Positions 1-12,307 of a DNA stretch of 64,000 bases are shown one piece after another. Numbering within the stretch: position 1 is the first letter of the stretch; each line of letters starts with the position of its first letter. The notes beneath the pieces were generated by a model, which was not told where the DNA came from, did no database searches, and worked only from the letters and a program-made list of their open reading frames with translations. The stretch lies in the NCBI GenBank assembly GCA_964016885.1, contig OZ024760.1:14818001-14882000 (forward strand), written 5' to 3'. Position numbers and translations under genes: made by a program. This DNA comes from Eledone cirrhosa. Its lineage: Eukaryota.

Positions 1-125
1 TGGTCACCTTACTTGGCATTGCTCACAACAGGACAACTTGTCTAACCCATGCTAGCATGGAAGAATGAATGTGACACGGTGATGATGATGATGATGATAA
101 TCCCTAAGGTGTCTTTTCATTGCAG

Positions 126-216
126 GAATGGTATGACTATAAAACCAAGAGGGTAAAATTTGTCTTCTCCAACTCTCTTGAGAAGCTAATCATTACGGTA
201 CATGACTTTGTCACAG
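126..216 (+). CDS. Uncharacterised type-I membrane protein (gene A), internal exon; gene starts upstream of window
   Basis: ttgcag|GAA...ACAG|gtaagg; EWYDYKTKRVKFVFSNSLEKLIITVHDFVT(G); phase 0 to 1, joins in frame to 873. Confidence 0.8.
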
Positions 217-235
217 GTAAGGCACAGCTGTCTGC

Positions 236-630
236 CCCACGGTCCTTCGTCATCTCCACCGTGAGCTTCAGCGATCTGAGGTCTGTTCTCACCACCTCCG
301 CCCATGTTTTTCGTGGTCTACCTCTACCACATCTTCCTTCAACTGGCATTTCCTGGCACTTCTTTACCCATCGGTCATCCTCCATGTGCATCACATGTCC
401 ATACCACCTCAGTCTCCTCTCCCGTACACTACATTCTATCCCTCTCAGACAGTTTCTCTCTCAGCACATTCATGCTGGTCGTTCACTCACGTTGACATTG
501 CACATCTAATGGAGCATGCTTGCCTCATTTCTCTCCAGCCGTCGCATATCCTCTGCAGTTGCTGCCCATGTCTCACTACCATGCAACATCGCGCTCCTCA
601 CACAGGCATCATATAACCGGCCTTTCGTAC
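236..630 (-). mobile_element. RTE-clade LINE 3' fragment (others at about 2460-2640, 6415-6690, 13990-14340, 32180-32510, 36100-36410, 37634-37825, 39850-40060)
   Basis: RLRWYGHVM.MEDDRWVKKC...GRGRPRKTWAEVV; (GAT)n tail in complete 3' ends. Confidence 0.85.
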
Positions 631-872
631 GTGCTTGTATGTGCTTGTATGTATGTATATATTTACGTATGTGTCACTCACCCTCACCACATCCTCACTC
701 ACCCTCACTGCACTCTTACTCACCCTCACCACATCTCACTCACCTTCACCCCCCACCCTTACTACACCATCACTCACCTTCACCACACTCTTACTCACCC
801 CCACCTCAGCCCTCACCCTCAGTACACCATCACTCTCCCTCACCACACTCACACTCATCTGATTATTTGCAG

Positions 873-1030
873 GGGTCAGCTACACAATAGACAAGTCCCT
901 CCAGTGTACCATGAAGCTACTGTCCAAGAAGGACTCTGATGTCAGCATCAGCACCATCAAAGGGGTGAAAATGGCCAACTCACAGTACTTCTTCCCATTC
1001 AACTCAACATTGTTCATGTATGAAGGACAG
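873..1030 (+). CDS. Gene A exon
   Basis: tttgcag|...CAG|gtaagg; GVSYTIDKSLQCTMKLL...KMANSQYFFPFNSTLFMYEGQ; phase 1 to 0. Confidence 0.85.
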
Positions 1031-1130
1031 GTAAGGAATGAGCCCCAATAAATCAGCTATTATATCCATTACACATCTGTTACACATCTGTTATGCATCT
1101 ACCATATCTCCGCTGCTATATCTGTCATAA

Positions 1131-1288
1131 GCGGTGAATTGTCAGAGTCGTTAGAATGTCAGATAGAATGTCTTGTGGTATTTGTTCCAGCTCTCCGCTC
1201 TCTGAGTTCAAATCCCGCCAAGTTCAACTTTGCTTTTCATCCTTTCGAGGTCGATAAAAAAAGTACCGGTCTAATACTGGGGTCGATT
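1131..1288 (+). mobile_element. tRNA-derived SINE (copies at about 17225-17560, 38320-38720, 49595-49770, 60470-60780)
   Basis: B-box-like GAGTTCAAATCCC and shared core ctttcatccttt/acggggtcgataaaataaagtaccag. Confidence 0.75.
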
Positions 1289-1828
1289 CTTCTTCTATAA
1301 CTCTTTCTCATTTCTTCTCTCTCATTTTCTATCTTTCTCTGGAAGAAATCTGCTATATTCAGACCTGGAGAGGGGTGGGCTCCGCCTGGCTTTACATTAC
1401 TTTATATATATTACTATATTTTCACGGTAAAGGCTTTACCTCACATAATTATCTCACATAATATTGAATCTATGAGATTTTCATGATATTTATTTTGAGA
1501 ACAATACCTTAACATCAGTATGAGCAGCCGGTTACAGCCAGTTTGAACAGAAAGAGGTGAGAGAATTATGGCCAGATATGGCCAGTTTAAATGCTAAAGG
1601 GTTAAAAGTCAGATGTCAGTTTACCTGGAACAAAACAATGCAGTTATAATTAAGAAGATTGAAATAAATGCATGCAAGATTTCACAGCTCTAGAATCACT
1701 CCTTCATAGTCAGCCTATAAACTTTTCGGTCCACCCTTGTAAATCTCTCCAAATTCTTGATTATTTTCAAAATGATTTGAAACACAGGCAGAGTGTTTCA
1801 TTAAACATTCTTTATTTCTATTTTGCAG

Positions 1829-1918
1829 AGAATCACTCGAGGTATTGTGTGTGATGTATGGACAGCTACAGACAAAATTGATGGCTTGTTGACAACATGG
1901 AGATACTTCTTTGCTACG
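1829..1918 (+). CDS. Gene A exon
   Basis: ttttgcag|...ACG|gtaatt; RITRGIVCDVWTATDKIDGLLTTWRYFFAT; 90 nt, phase 0. Confidence 0.85.
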
Positions 1919-3037
1919 GTAATTTGGTTTGGATTATTACCAACATGATCATCACCTCCTTCAGCATCACCACCAGCATCATCTCCACAATCATCACCAC
2001 AATTTCTATCAACAACACCATCAGCACCATAAATACGTATTTGTATATGTGTATACATATATATACATATATATATATAAAAAGAGTCTGGATCCCGACA
2101 GCTGAACTCCGACCGTTTCGACAGCTAGATCCGTGCGTTTGGATCTAGCTGTCGAAACGGTTGGAGTTCAGCCGTCGGGGTCCTGACTCTTTTTCTATTA
2201 TCCACTCTACTACCCTAAGTATCGAGTACTCTGGTGCGTTATAGTCCACCTGGTTTCTTACCACACTTACTTTGTTTTATATATATACAGTAGCAGAAGT
2301 ACCCAGCGTTGCCCAATGAAATTTCATTCAAAACTTGATATATTTTCTGAATACTTATTGTTATTAGCCATTACTGGTATAACAAATTCTGTAAGATCAT
2401 CATCATCATCATCATAATCATTGTTTCATCATCATCATCATTGTTTCATCATCACCATCGACATAATCTGCTTTTCTATGCTTGTATGGGTTGGATGGGT
2501 CCTTTCCAGCACAGCATCCCTTTACTCATCACGTTCCTTCGTTATCTCCTCTGCGAGTCAGCTCTCACCACCTCTGGCCAGGATTTTCCTGCTCTGCCTC
2601 AACTGTGGCTTCCTTCTACTGTTGTTACCTGGCACTTATTCATCTAACAATCATTATCCATGCGAAGCACATATCTATACCAATGCAGTCTGTGGTTGGT
2701 TTTCCATGTCACTGATGAAATACTATTATAAATATTTTGGTTCTTTTGAAAGTGGCTGAAGTGTTACAATTCTTTGATACCCTGTCCCTTGGATTTTGAA
2801 AGTGGGCGTAAAGCCACCTTCATGGATGACATTTGCACCAAATGATGTCATTTGGAATGTATTTTTGTACTTCTGGATATTTTCAAGAAAGTGTTTTGAT
2901 TAAGTAGTTGTATTAGTTGGCAGTCCCTTCAGGGGTTCTGTTGGTTCAGGTAATAGTCTCAATTTAATCTTTCCAGTTGACGCACCACTCCATTTTTCAG
3001 CCTCACAATTTGGAAAAATTAAGGAAATTTGAATTGA

Positions 3038-3245
3038 CCCTTTAGCATTTACATTACTCTATATATACTATTGTATTTTCATGGTAAAGGCTTTATCTCA
3101 CATAATATTGAATCTATGAGATTTTGATATTATTTATTTTGAGAACAATACCTTAACATAAGTATGAGCAGTCGGTTACAACCAGTTTGACCAGAAAGAG
3201 GTGAGAGAATTCTGGCCAGATATGGCTGGTTTAAATGCTAAAGGG
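3038..3245 (+). mobile_element. piggyBac-type MITE, representative copy (others at about 1390-1605, 8480-8607, 15577-15660, 31220-31618, 32990-33206, 33475-33671, 44132-44324, 47215-47637, 56880-57537, 58780-58998)
   Basis: TIRs CCCTTTAGCATTTA...TAAATGCTAAAGGG flanked by TTAA in most copies. Confidence 0.75.
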
Positions 3246-3286
3246 TTAAAGGTTCTGAGGCATAGTTGTGATGTGGATTGTAACTA

Positions 3287-3694
3287 CGAGGGCAATCCCA
3301 AAAGTAAGGTCTCCTTCCGATTTTGCAACTTCTGATATTGTAACTTTTCCGTTAAAATCCTGTGGATGGTGCTTCGGGAAACCTCGGGAACCAAAATGCA
3401 GAGAGCATCCAGAGTGATCCGCCGATCTTTACGCATGTTTTCCTCGGAAGGAGACCTTACTTTTGGGATTGCCCTCGTATATATAACTGCACGAAATTCG
3501 CACTTGGCGGTAGCGTTCAACGGGAGCTCCCTTCTCAACGGCTGCCAAGCCAAGATTGAGCATCCCAGCGAAGCGCGCGCATGCTTCTTTGGGAGTGAAG
3601 GGAGCACCAATCACAACAGTGTTGCCAACAGCCGTACAAACAGTTTCTCTGCGTCCTCATCGCTTTGGAGACCTTACTTTTGGGATTACCCTCG
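3287..3694 (-). mobile_element. Internally deleted mariner-like element with three TIR copies
   Basis: TA|CGAGGGCAATCCCAAAAGTAAGGTCTCC TIR at 3287, inverted copies ending 3477 and 3694; HTH remnant RKDRRITLDALCILVPEVSRSTIHRILTEKL. Confidence 0.85.
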
Positions 3695-4731
3695 TAAAAG
3701 CAGCAAAGTTCCACGTGGCATCATCATCATCATCATCACTGTTTAATGTCTATTTTTCCATCCTTGCATGGGTTAGACAGGTTGCCCACATTATGAGACA
3801 AGTCTGGCCAGTTGGCTGTGCCATACCTTGCTCAGACGGAACTGCATTTTGGCTAGGATTTTTACAGTTGGATGCCCTTCCTAACACCAACCACATTTAC
3901 AGTGGCAACATTTCAAAATCGTAAATCTTCTGTTCTTGCTCTCTGTTCACATAATCTTCAAGCCTCAGTTTCTCCATGCCGCCTTTGAGCTGCTCTATTT
4001 CTCTCCATTTGCTGTCTTGATTTTCCTACATCTGATTCCTCTGGACAAAAAGTTGCTTTCCTTTTCCTATCATCAGTAAGGTTTTTTGATCTTTGTTCTT
4101 CTGATTCATTTTGCCTATATTTCGCTGTTGTTTTTCTTTGTTTTTCTTTGTTTTGGAAGTCTTTTTTGTTCTCTCTTTGTAGCTGCTTTGTCATAACTTT
4201 ATGAGATTTTCATCCAAATGAAGCTCTTTTCTTCAGTGGCATTTTTTTATAGCAGTTTCCAAAGTCAATAATATTTATCTAATTGTTTTCATTGTCTTTG
4301 TCTTTTTGAATATAATATATACATTTGTGCATATATATATATATCATCATCATCATCATCGTTTAACATCCATCTTCCACGCTAGCATGGGTTTGGAATA
4401 TATATATATAAATATATGTATAGAATATTTGGTAATATATTGCATGTTTAATTAAAACCATTTAGAAGACCATTCGCTATTAGCTTTAAAGTAGTGACTA
4501 TGTCACTTACTTATTTTCAGCAAAAGCAAAGGGAGAGTGATTGATAGTCTGTTTCTCACTTGTTGGCGTTTATCAAAACCACACACTACCCTGCCTTTGC
4601 CGAAAATTATAGCTGGATTCTTATAGAAATCCAGTAATATTTAGGAGCTGATTAAACAGTGCAATTGCCGGTCCAGCAAAAATTCAAATAATGGTAATTA
4701 AGACGAGATTAAATCACCATAATTGTTTATT

Positions 4732-4781
4732 GCATTATATATATTTCTGTACATGGTTATTCATGTGACTTCATCAGATGC
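4732..4781 (-). ncRNA. Minimal type I hammerhead ribozyme-like motif
   Basis: gcau CUGAUGA a-gucacaug aauaac caugu-ac-a GAAA uauaua UA^ augc; stem I gcau/augc closes. Confidence 0.55.
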
Positions 4782-4984
4782 TTACGCAATAATTAGTGCA
4801 GTTATGCAATCATTGGTTCAGCATTTGATAAATGAATACTCTGTCACTCATTATCACCTACTCATTATCACTACTGACGTGTAGTGCTTTGGATCGCTAG
4901 GACATGCTTTTCATCAGAAAGTTACAAAGTAACAACTAAGATAAACAACACTCTTCTGCAACTATATATATTCAACTTGATATA

Positions 4985-5536
4985 CAGTAATCCCCCGTTT
5001 ATCGTGGGGTATACGTTCCAGAACCAAACGCGATAAATGAAAATCCGTGATATAGAGAGACCCTTACTTCTCCTGCGTGCTTTAAGTACATATAAACTCA
5101 TTAAAACTCACTTTTGTATTTAAACACCAAAAACAGCCAGTAACTATCGTATTGAAACAACCACCAACGATCATACCACTGGTTACCAATGACGACCATT
5201 TGCACATCCCTCGTCAATCTATGAAGGGTTTATAGTAGATTAGAGAAAAACACAATCAGTAAAACAGCAATGGAATGAAAAATAAAAACATTTTTTTATA
5301 GTTAAAGCTTTAAGATGCCTCTTCCTTATGCTATACACTTCAGTCACATCGAAACTTATTTAATAAGTTTAAATTTTAAACACTTTTTACTCAGACATAT
5401 GTACTACGATAAGAAAATAACTATGTTCTAATGAAAAATCTGCAATGTAGCGAGGATTACCGCAATAGGAAATTAGATACGTTCCAAAGAAAAATCCATG
5501 ATGAAAAGTGAACCATGATATAGCAGGGGACTACTG
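4985..5536. mobile_element. Tigger/pogo-like non-autonomous DNA transposon
   Basis: TA|CAGTAATCCCC...GGGGACTACTG|TA termini. Confidence 0.7.
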
Positions 5537-5571
5537 TATATATATATTGACATATATTCTTTTTTTTCTAG

Positions 5572-5646
5572 GAAGATGCTTTTGAAGTGGGCGCAGGGCA
5601 GGAGAAATCTGCCTGGATTATTATGTATGAGATGCTGATTCCTGAG
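5572..5646 (+). CDS. Gene A exon
   Basis: ttttttctag|...GAG|gtatat; EDAFEVGAGQEKSAWIIMYEMLIPE; 75 nt, phase 0. Confidence 0.75.
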
Positions 5647-6189
5647 GTATATAACTACAACATCAACATTAACAGCAACAACATCCACAACATCATCATC
5701 AAAATTATTTATTCTGTTTGTATTCAGAAAAACACAAGAAATTACCTGTACACATTTCACAGCTAATTGGCTATTCATTAGTAGACAAATGTCCTGGCCA
5801 TAAAGAGAGCTATAGTTAAATGCTATTTATATTAATCACAAACTAGGACTTAACTGAAATGGCCCATTTAATTTGAATAACGTGTATATATTGGCATAAT
5901 TAATTTAATAATTAATTTATTATTTTTTATTTATCCAAGGGTTGTGGATTGGTAGAATTGTTAGAGAATTAGACAAATTGCCTCATAGTAGTTAATTATG
6001 ATGCACCCCCGCCCGGTGGGCAGTAGCGCCCACTTTGAGAACCTATAATCTATAGTGATCGACTGTTATTACAGTTAGTTTAAAATGTAGCATTTATTTA
6101 TTTATTTATTTGTTTATTTATTTGATTATTTATTTAATTATTTGTTTATTTATTTGATTATTTATTTATTTATTTATCTGTTTATCTAG

Positions 6190-6313
6190 GAAGATGTGCA
6201 CATGATATTCAACGTGTATGAATATTCCGAGAAAGAACCAGATATTTGGGACTTCAACATAGCAACATGTTTCCCAGGAGTTCAACAGAAGGATGTTTCT
6301 TTTACAGTATCAG
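6190..6313 (+). CDS. Gene A exon
   Basis: tatctag|...TCAG|gtaaaa; EDVHMIFNVYEYSEKEPDIWDFNIATCFPGVQQKDVSFTVS; phase 0 to 1. Confidence 0.85.
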
Positions 6314-6999
6314 GTAAAAGGAATTGGTTCTCTAACTTAAATTTTCAGTGTTTGGGCTTATTTCAATGGAGGAGATGACGAAGGAATGATATGAGTCGAG
6401 AAAGGCTGTGTTGGACAAAAACAGGAAGACTGCATTGGTATGGTCATGTGATGCGCATGGAGGATGACCGCTGGTTAAAGAAGTGCCAAGAAATCCCAGT
6501 AGAAGGAAGACGCAGTCGAGGAAGACCACAAAAATCATGGGCGGAGGTGGTAAGAGCTGACCTCAGATCGCTGAAGCTCACGGAAGAGATGACAAAGGAC
6601 CGTGACAAATGGAGAGATGCTGTGCTGAATAGGACCCGTCCCACCCTTGCAAGCAGGGAAAAGTGAACGTAAAATTATGATGATGATGATGAAGACCTGG
6701 GTAGAAGTGATGAGAACTCATCTCAAAATAACGAACTTCATAGAGGAGTTGATAAAGGAATGGTATAAGGGAAGAGAGGCTGTGCTATCTATTTATCTAT
6801 CTATCTAAAAGCACCCAGTCTACGCTGTAAATGTGGTTGGTGTTAGGAATGGCATCCAGCCATAGAAAACCAGCCAGAAACACCCCTATATGAGCGAGAC
6901 ACGGTCACCCGACACAACTTGCCTCAAAATAGGACCCGTCTAACCCATGCTAACGTGGAAGATGGATGTTAATTGATGATGATCTGTTTATCTATCTAC

Positions 7000-7034
<35 letters not shown>

Positions 7035-7035
7035 G

Positions 7036-7145
7036 TCAGTGACTCAGACCTCATCAGTGCCAATGAGAAACAGTTCATCAATGCCGTAATCTTCACCATC
7101 CAGGGACATACAGGACTATCTGCACTCAGAGTCACCAATATTCAG
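7036..7145 (+). CDS. Gene A exon
   Basis: (tatc)n-tag|...CAG|gtaaga; VSDSDLISANEKQFINAVIFTIQGHTGLSALRVTNIQ; phase 1 to 0. Confidence 0.8.
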
Positions 7146-7199
7146 GTAAGATCAAGGCCCCAGTAACCCATGGCTGGTCCCTAGGATTTCATACATTTT

Positions 7200-8474
7200 T
7201 GGCCCTCTCTGGCACTTCAATCTTTCACCTTCACTATAGCTGACAACCAGGACCATATTAACCTATAGCTGGGCCTTCTCTGGCACTTCAATCTTTCACC
7301 TTCACTATAGCTGACAACCAGGACCATATTAACCTATAGCTGGGCCTTCTCTGGCATTTCAATCTTTCACCTTCACTATAGCTGACAACCAGGACCATAT
7401 TAACCTATAGCTGGGCCTTCTCTGGCACTTCAATCTTTCACCTTCACTATAGCTGACAACCAGGACCATATTAACCTATAGCTGGGCCTTCTCTGGCACT
7501 TCAATCTTTCACCTTCACTATAGCTGACAACCAGGACCATATTAACCTATAGCTGGGCCTTCTCTGGCACTTCAATCTTTCACCTTCACTATAGCTGACA
7601 ACCAGGACCATATTAACCTATAGCTGGGCCTTCTCTGGCATTTCAATCTTTCACCTTCACTATAGCTGACAACCAGGACCATATTAACCTATAGCTGGGC
7701 CTTCTCTGGCACTTCAATCTTTCACCTTCACTATAGCTGACAACCAGGACCATATTAACCTATAGCTGGGCCTTCTCTGGCACTTCAATCTTTCACCTTC
7801 ACTATAGCTGACAACCAGGACCATATTAACCTATAGCTGGGCCCTCTCTGGCACTTCAATCTTTCACCTTCACTATAGCTGACAACCAGGACCATATTAA
7901 CCTATAGCTGGGCCTTCTCTGGCACTTCAATCTTTCACCTTCACTATAGCTGACAACCAGGACCATATTAACCTATAGCTGGGCCTTCTCTGGCACTTCA
8001 ATCTTTCACCTTCAATCTTTCACCTTCACTATAGCTGACAACCAGGACCATATTAACCTATAGCTGGGCCCTCTCTGGCACTTCAATCTTTCACCTTCAC
8101 TATAGCTGACAACCAGGACCATATTAACCTATAGCTGGGCCTTCTCTGGCACTTCAATCTTTCACCTTCACTATAGCTGACAACCAGGACCATATTAACC
8201 TATAGCTGGGCCTTCTCTGGCACTTCAATCTTTCACCTTCACTATAGCTGACAACCAGGACCATATTAACCTATAGCTGGGCCTTCTCTGGCACTTCAAT
8301 CTTTCACCTTCACTATAGCTGACAACCAGGACCATATTAACCTATAGCTGGGCCCTCTCTGGCACTTCAATCTTTCACCTTCACTATAGCTGACAACCAG
8401 GACCATATTAACCTATAGCTGGGCCCTCTCTGGCACTTCAATCTTTCACCTTCACTATAGCTGACAACCAGGAC
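7200..8474. repeat. 71-bp minisatellite, about 18 near-identical copies
   Basis: unit gggccttctctggcacttcaatctttcaccttcactatagctgacaaccaggaccatattaacctatagct. Confidence 0.95.
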
Positions 8475-9054
8475 AACCATTGTCCTCAAAATAAATAATA
8501 TCAAAATCTCATAGATTCAATATTATATGAGATAATTATGTTAGATAAAGACTTTACTGTGAAAATATAATAGTATATATAGAGTAATGTAAATGCTAAA
8601 GAGTTAAAGGTAGATAGACAGATAAATAGACTGATAGATAGTCACCGGCTTTAACCAGCCACTCATACTGATGTTAAGGTATTGTCCCCAAAATAATAGT
8701 ATATATAGAGTAATGTAAATGCTAAAGAGTTAGAGATAGATAGATAGACAGACAAATAGACTGATAAACAGCCAGGAGAGAGAGACAGACAGAGATAAAA
8801 AGTGTTAGTTAAAATTGTTGTTATTCTAGAATGAAGACCAACAACACATTGACTGTACTAAAACTCTCTTTAAAAACATAAGAATGTCAGAAACAAGCCT
8901 AGCATCTTTCTCTCTCTCTCTCCCACATCATAGCCGTTCTTTCTCTTTCTTACCCCTCTCTCTCATTCTCACTCTCTTACTCTCTCTCTCTCCTCACTCT
9001 TTTTCTCTCCCTCCTCACTCTCTTTCTCCCACTCTCTCTCCTCCCCACACCATA

Positions 9055-9094
<40 letters not shown>

Positions 9095-9121
9095 CCCCAC
9101 ACTATAGTCTTATTTTTCTCT

Positions 9122-9153
<32 letters not shown>

Positions 9154-9685
9154 CCAGCATTAACAAAACGAATCATAGAGAGTGAGAAATAGAAGACAGA
9201 GAGAGAGAGAAAGAGAGTGTGTAAGAGAGAGAGAGAGTGAGAGAGAGCATATCTAAACTCTCCAAACATTCCACCTTGTACATTCTAGAAGAATATGTAT
9301 AATTATATACACACAAACAAGCACACATATATACACAGGGGGTCCCCCCAAAATGTATACACATATTTATTAGAATACTGTTGAAGTGTGTACACATTTT
9401 TTGGGGACACCCTGTATATATGGGTGCACGTGTTTGTATTTTATATATATATATATGTGTGTGTGTGTTATTTTATATATATATAAATATATATATATAT
9501 ATGTATATATGTGTGTGTATGTAGATATATATGTGTATGTATATGTGTGTGAGTATGTGTGTTATTATTTTATATATATATAATTGTTTCTACTTTTTGG
9601 CACAAGGCCAGTAATTATCCCAGCGCATTACTGGTACTTTATTTTATCGCCCCCCCCCCCCACCTATAAGGATATATATATAATG

Positions 9686-9718
<33 letters not shown>

Positions 9719-9837
9719 ATGTAGATATATATGTGTATGTTATTATTTTATATATATATAAATATATATATATATATGTGAGTGTGCGTGTGTTATTTTA
9801 TATATATATATATGTGAGTGTGTGTGTGCGTGTGTTA

Positions 9838-10736
9838 TCTATATATATAAAACTGTGGTTGTCTGTCTGTCTATCGATTTTTGGCACACATCTCCTCTTA
9901 GAATCTCTCACGGAATTGCACCGAAATTGCTATACTTGTACATTGAGCCCTAGCGAAGACATCGGAAAAAAAAAATTTCAAATTGACCCACCCTATGTGA
10001 CGAAATCGAATCTAATGTATCGATTTTTGAGCGTAAGTTATCAGTTATTTCCCTTTGTTCTGTTTACATTGAGCGTCTTACGTAAAAAATTACGCTGGCT
10101 TTCTCAGCGTTTAAAATGACATTAACACAATACACGAACACTAAGCTTCCGTTTTGCTTCATTTCCATTTAAAAGCATTTTAAAACAATATTTTTACTTG
10201 AAAACAAGTCTATTTAAAGACTACGTAAAACAAGCAAATATTTCGTCGTTAGGCATGCAGACAGACAGTCGTGCAGACAGACAGTCGTGCAGAGAGGTGA
10301 TATACGCGTGCAGACAGACAGTCGTGCAGAGAGGTGATATAGGCGTGCAGACAGACAGTCGTGCAGAGAGGTGATATAGGCGTGCAGACAGACAGTCGTG
10401 CAGAGAGGTGATATAGGCGTGCAGACAGACATAACTGATAATTTGGTTACGCTAATGTTTTTCTCTGCGTTGCAGTGTTTACATTTTCGATCTTTGTTAA
10501 TAAATAACCAGTGCAGTTTTTATCCCCAACATCCTCTTTTGTTATAACATTCGGGTTATCGTTATGTTTTCTTAACTTCATAAGGCATATTGTTGGTTGA
10601 GGGAATATTAATCAAAAACACCACATGCAAGTCTGCACCGTAGACACTACAGTTTTTAAGCCAAAAAAGAAACTTAACATTGTAACTTTAACACAGCTAC
10701 TGAGCGACCCCGAGCAACGCCGGGCTTTACTGCTAG
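9838..10736 (+). mobile_element. Intact non-autonomous Helitron
   Basis: A|TCTATATATATAAAA ... cccgagcaacgccggg hairpin ... CTAG|T; no TSD; internal minisatellite 10250-10430. Confidence 0.88.
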
Positions 10737-11026
10737 TTTTATATATATATATAAATATATATATATGTGTATGTAGATATATATATATATATATATATGT
10801 TAGTGTGTGCATGTGTTCTTATTTTATATATATATATATATATATAATGTATATATATATGTGTGTGTGTATGTAGATATATGTATGTGTGTAAGTGTTT
10901 TATAGTTTATTCAATAAAAGCCAGTGGAATGACCAGTGTGTCAGTATCTTGGAGAGTTACTGCTGTAAAACTGTCAAGAGACAAGGGAACAGCTTCCTGG
11001 TTTCCTGGGGGTAGGGCTGGTGTAGA

Positions 11027-11062
<36 letters not shown>

Positions 11063-11832
11063 GGGAGAGAGGAGAAGGAGAAAGACAGGGATAGAGATAG
11101 AGAGAGAGAGAAAAGGAGAGAAAGAGGAGTGATAGAGAAGAAGGAAAGAGAAAGAGAAGGAATGAGGGAGAAAAAGAAAAAAGCAAGAGATAGGAGAGAA
11201 AGAGGAGGAGGGAGAAAAAGAGAATGCGAGAGAGAGAGAAGGATAGAAAGAGAAAGGAGGAGAGAGAAAAAGGGATGGAGAGAGAGAGAAAAAGGGAGGG
11301 AGAGAGAGAGAGAAAGAGAAGGTGAGAGGGAGAGTGAAGGTGAGAGAGAGAAGGAGAAAGAGAAGGTGAGAGAGAGAAAGAGAAGATGAGAGGGAGAGAG
11401 TGAAGGTGAGAGAGAAAGAGAAGGTGAGAGGGAGAGAGCAAAGAAAAGGAGAAAAAAAGAAAGAGAAGCCATAACAAATAAATAAATAGAAATGGAAGGG
11501 AAGTGGAAGTGGTGGTGGTGGGGGAGATACAGATTTCAGCAACAATAACAACATTAGCAATAACAAGAACAACTAAAACTAAACTAACAACAACAATAAC
11601 ACGAACAACAACAACAATGTTTGTGAATGTGTGTACATGTGTTAATGTATGTATATGTTGTTGTTACTGTGTAAATATATATGTGTGTGTGTGTGTGAAT
11701 GCATGTTGGTATGTGTTAGTACAATTAGTTATGTATGTGTGTATATATATATATATGTAAATATAAATGTATGCATATATATGTGTGTATATATATATAT
11801 ATGTGTGTGTGTATATGTATATGTATATATAT

Positions 11833-11863
<31 letters not shown>

Positions 11864-11879
11864 CATATATATGTATACA

Positions 11880-11998
<119 letters not shown>

Positions 11999-12250
11999 GC
12001 GTGTTTGTGTGAATCCACATCAATCTAACATCAAAGAACCTGACCTTTAAACTTGTTATTTCTCTCACATAATGGTTGCTACCTGTCCACCTACATCTGG
12101 AGTTACATGCACACATACATACATCAATATATACATACACACAAACATATATATGTATATATACACTATATAGACATACATACATGTATATGTATATATG
12201 CACTATATAGACATACCCACATATATATATATGTATATATACACTATTTA

Positions 12251-12304
<54 letters not shown>

Positions 12305-12307
<3 letters not shown>

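Larger units (their letters stand above)
2290..4320 (-). mobile_element. Decayed Helitron with nested insertions
   Basis: - strand about 2700-3020 reads LRLLPEPTEPLKG...SKHFLENIQKYKNTFQMTSFGAN...FTPTFKIQG (RepHel N-terminal region, with stops); 3905-4240 is a charged ESEEQR/ETEAE N-terminus; 3' end-like gggcaacgctgggtacttctgcta at 2291-2314. Confidence 0.8.

Noticed and set aside
7200-8474. CRISPR-like regular array
   Set aside because: Units are contiguous and identical with no unique spacers; no cas genes; eukaryotic intron
10907-11572. Hydrophobic multi-pass-looking ORFs
   Set aside because: (GA)n/(CT)n low-complexity sequence
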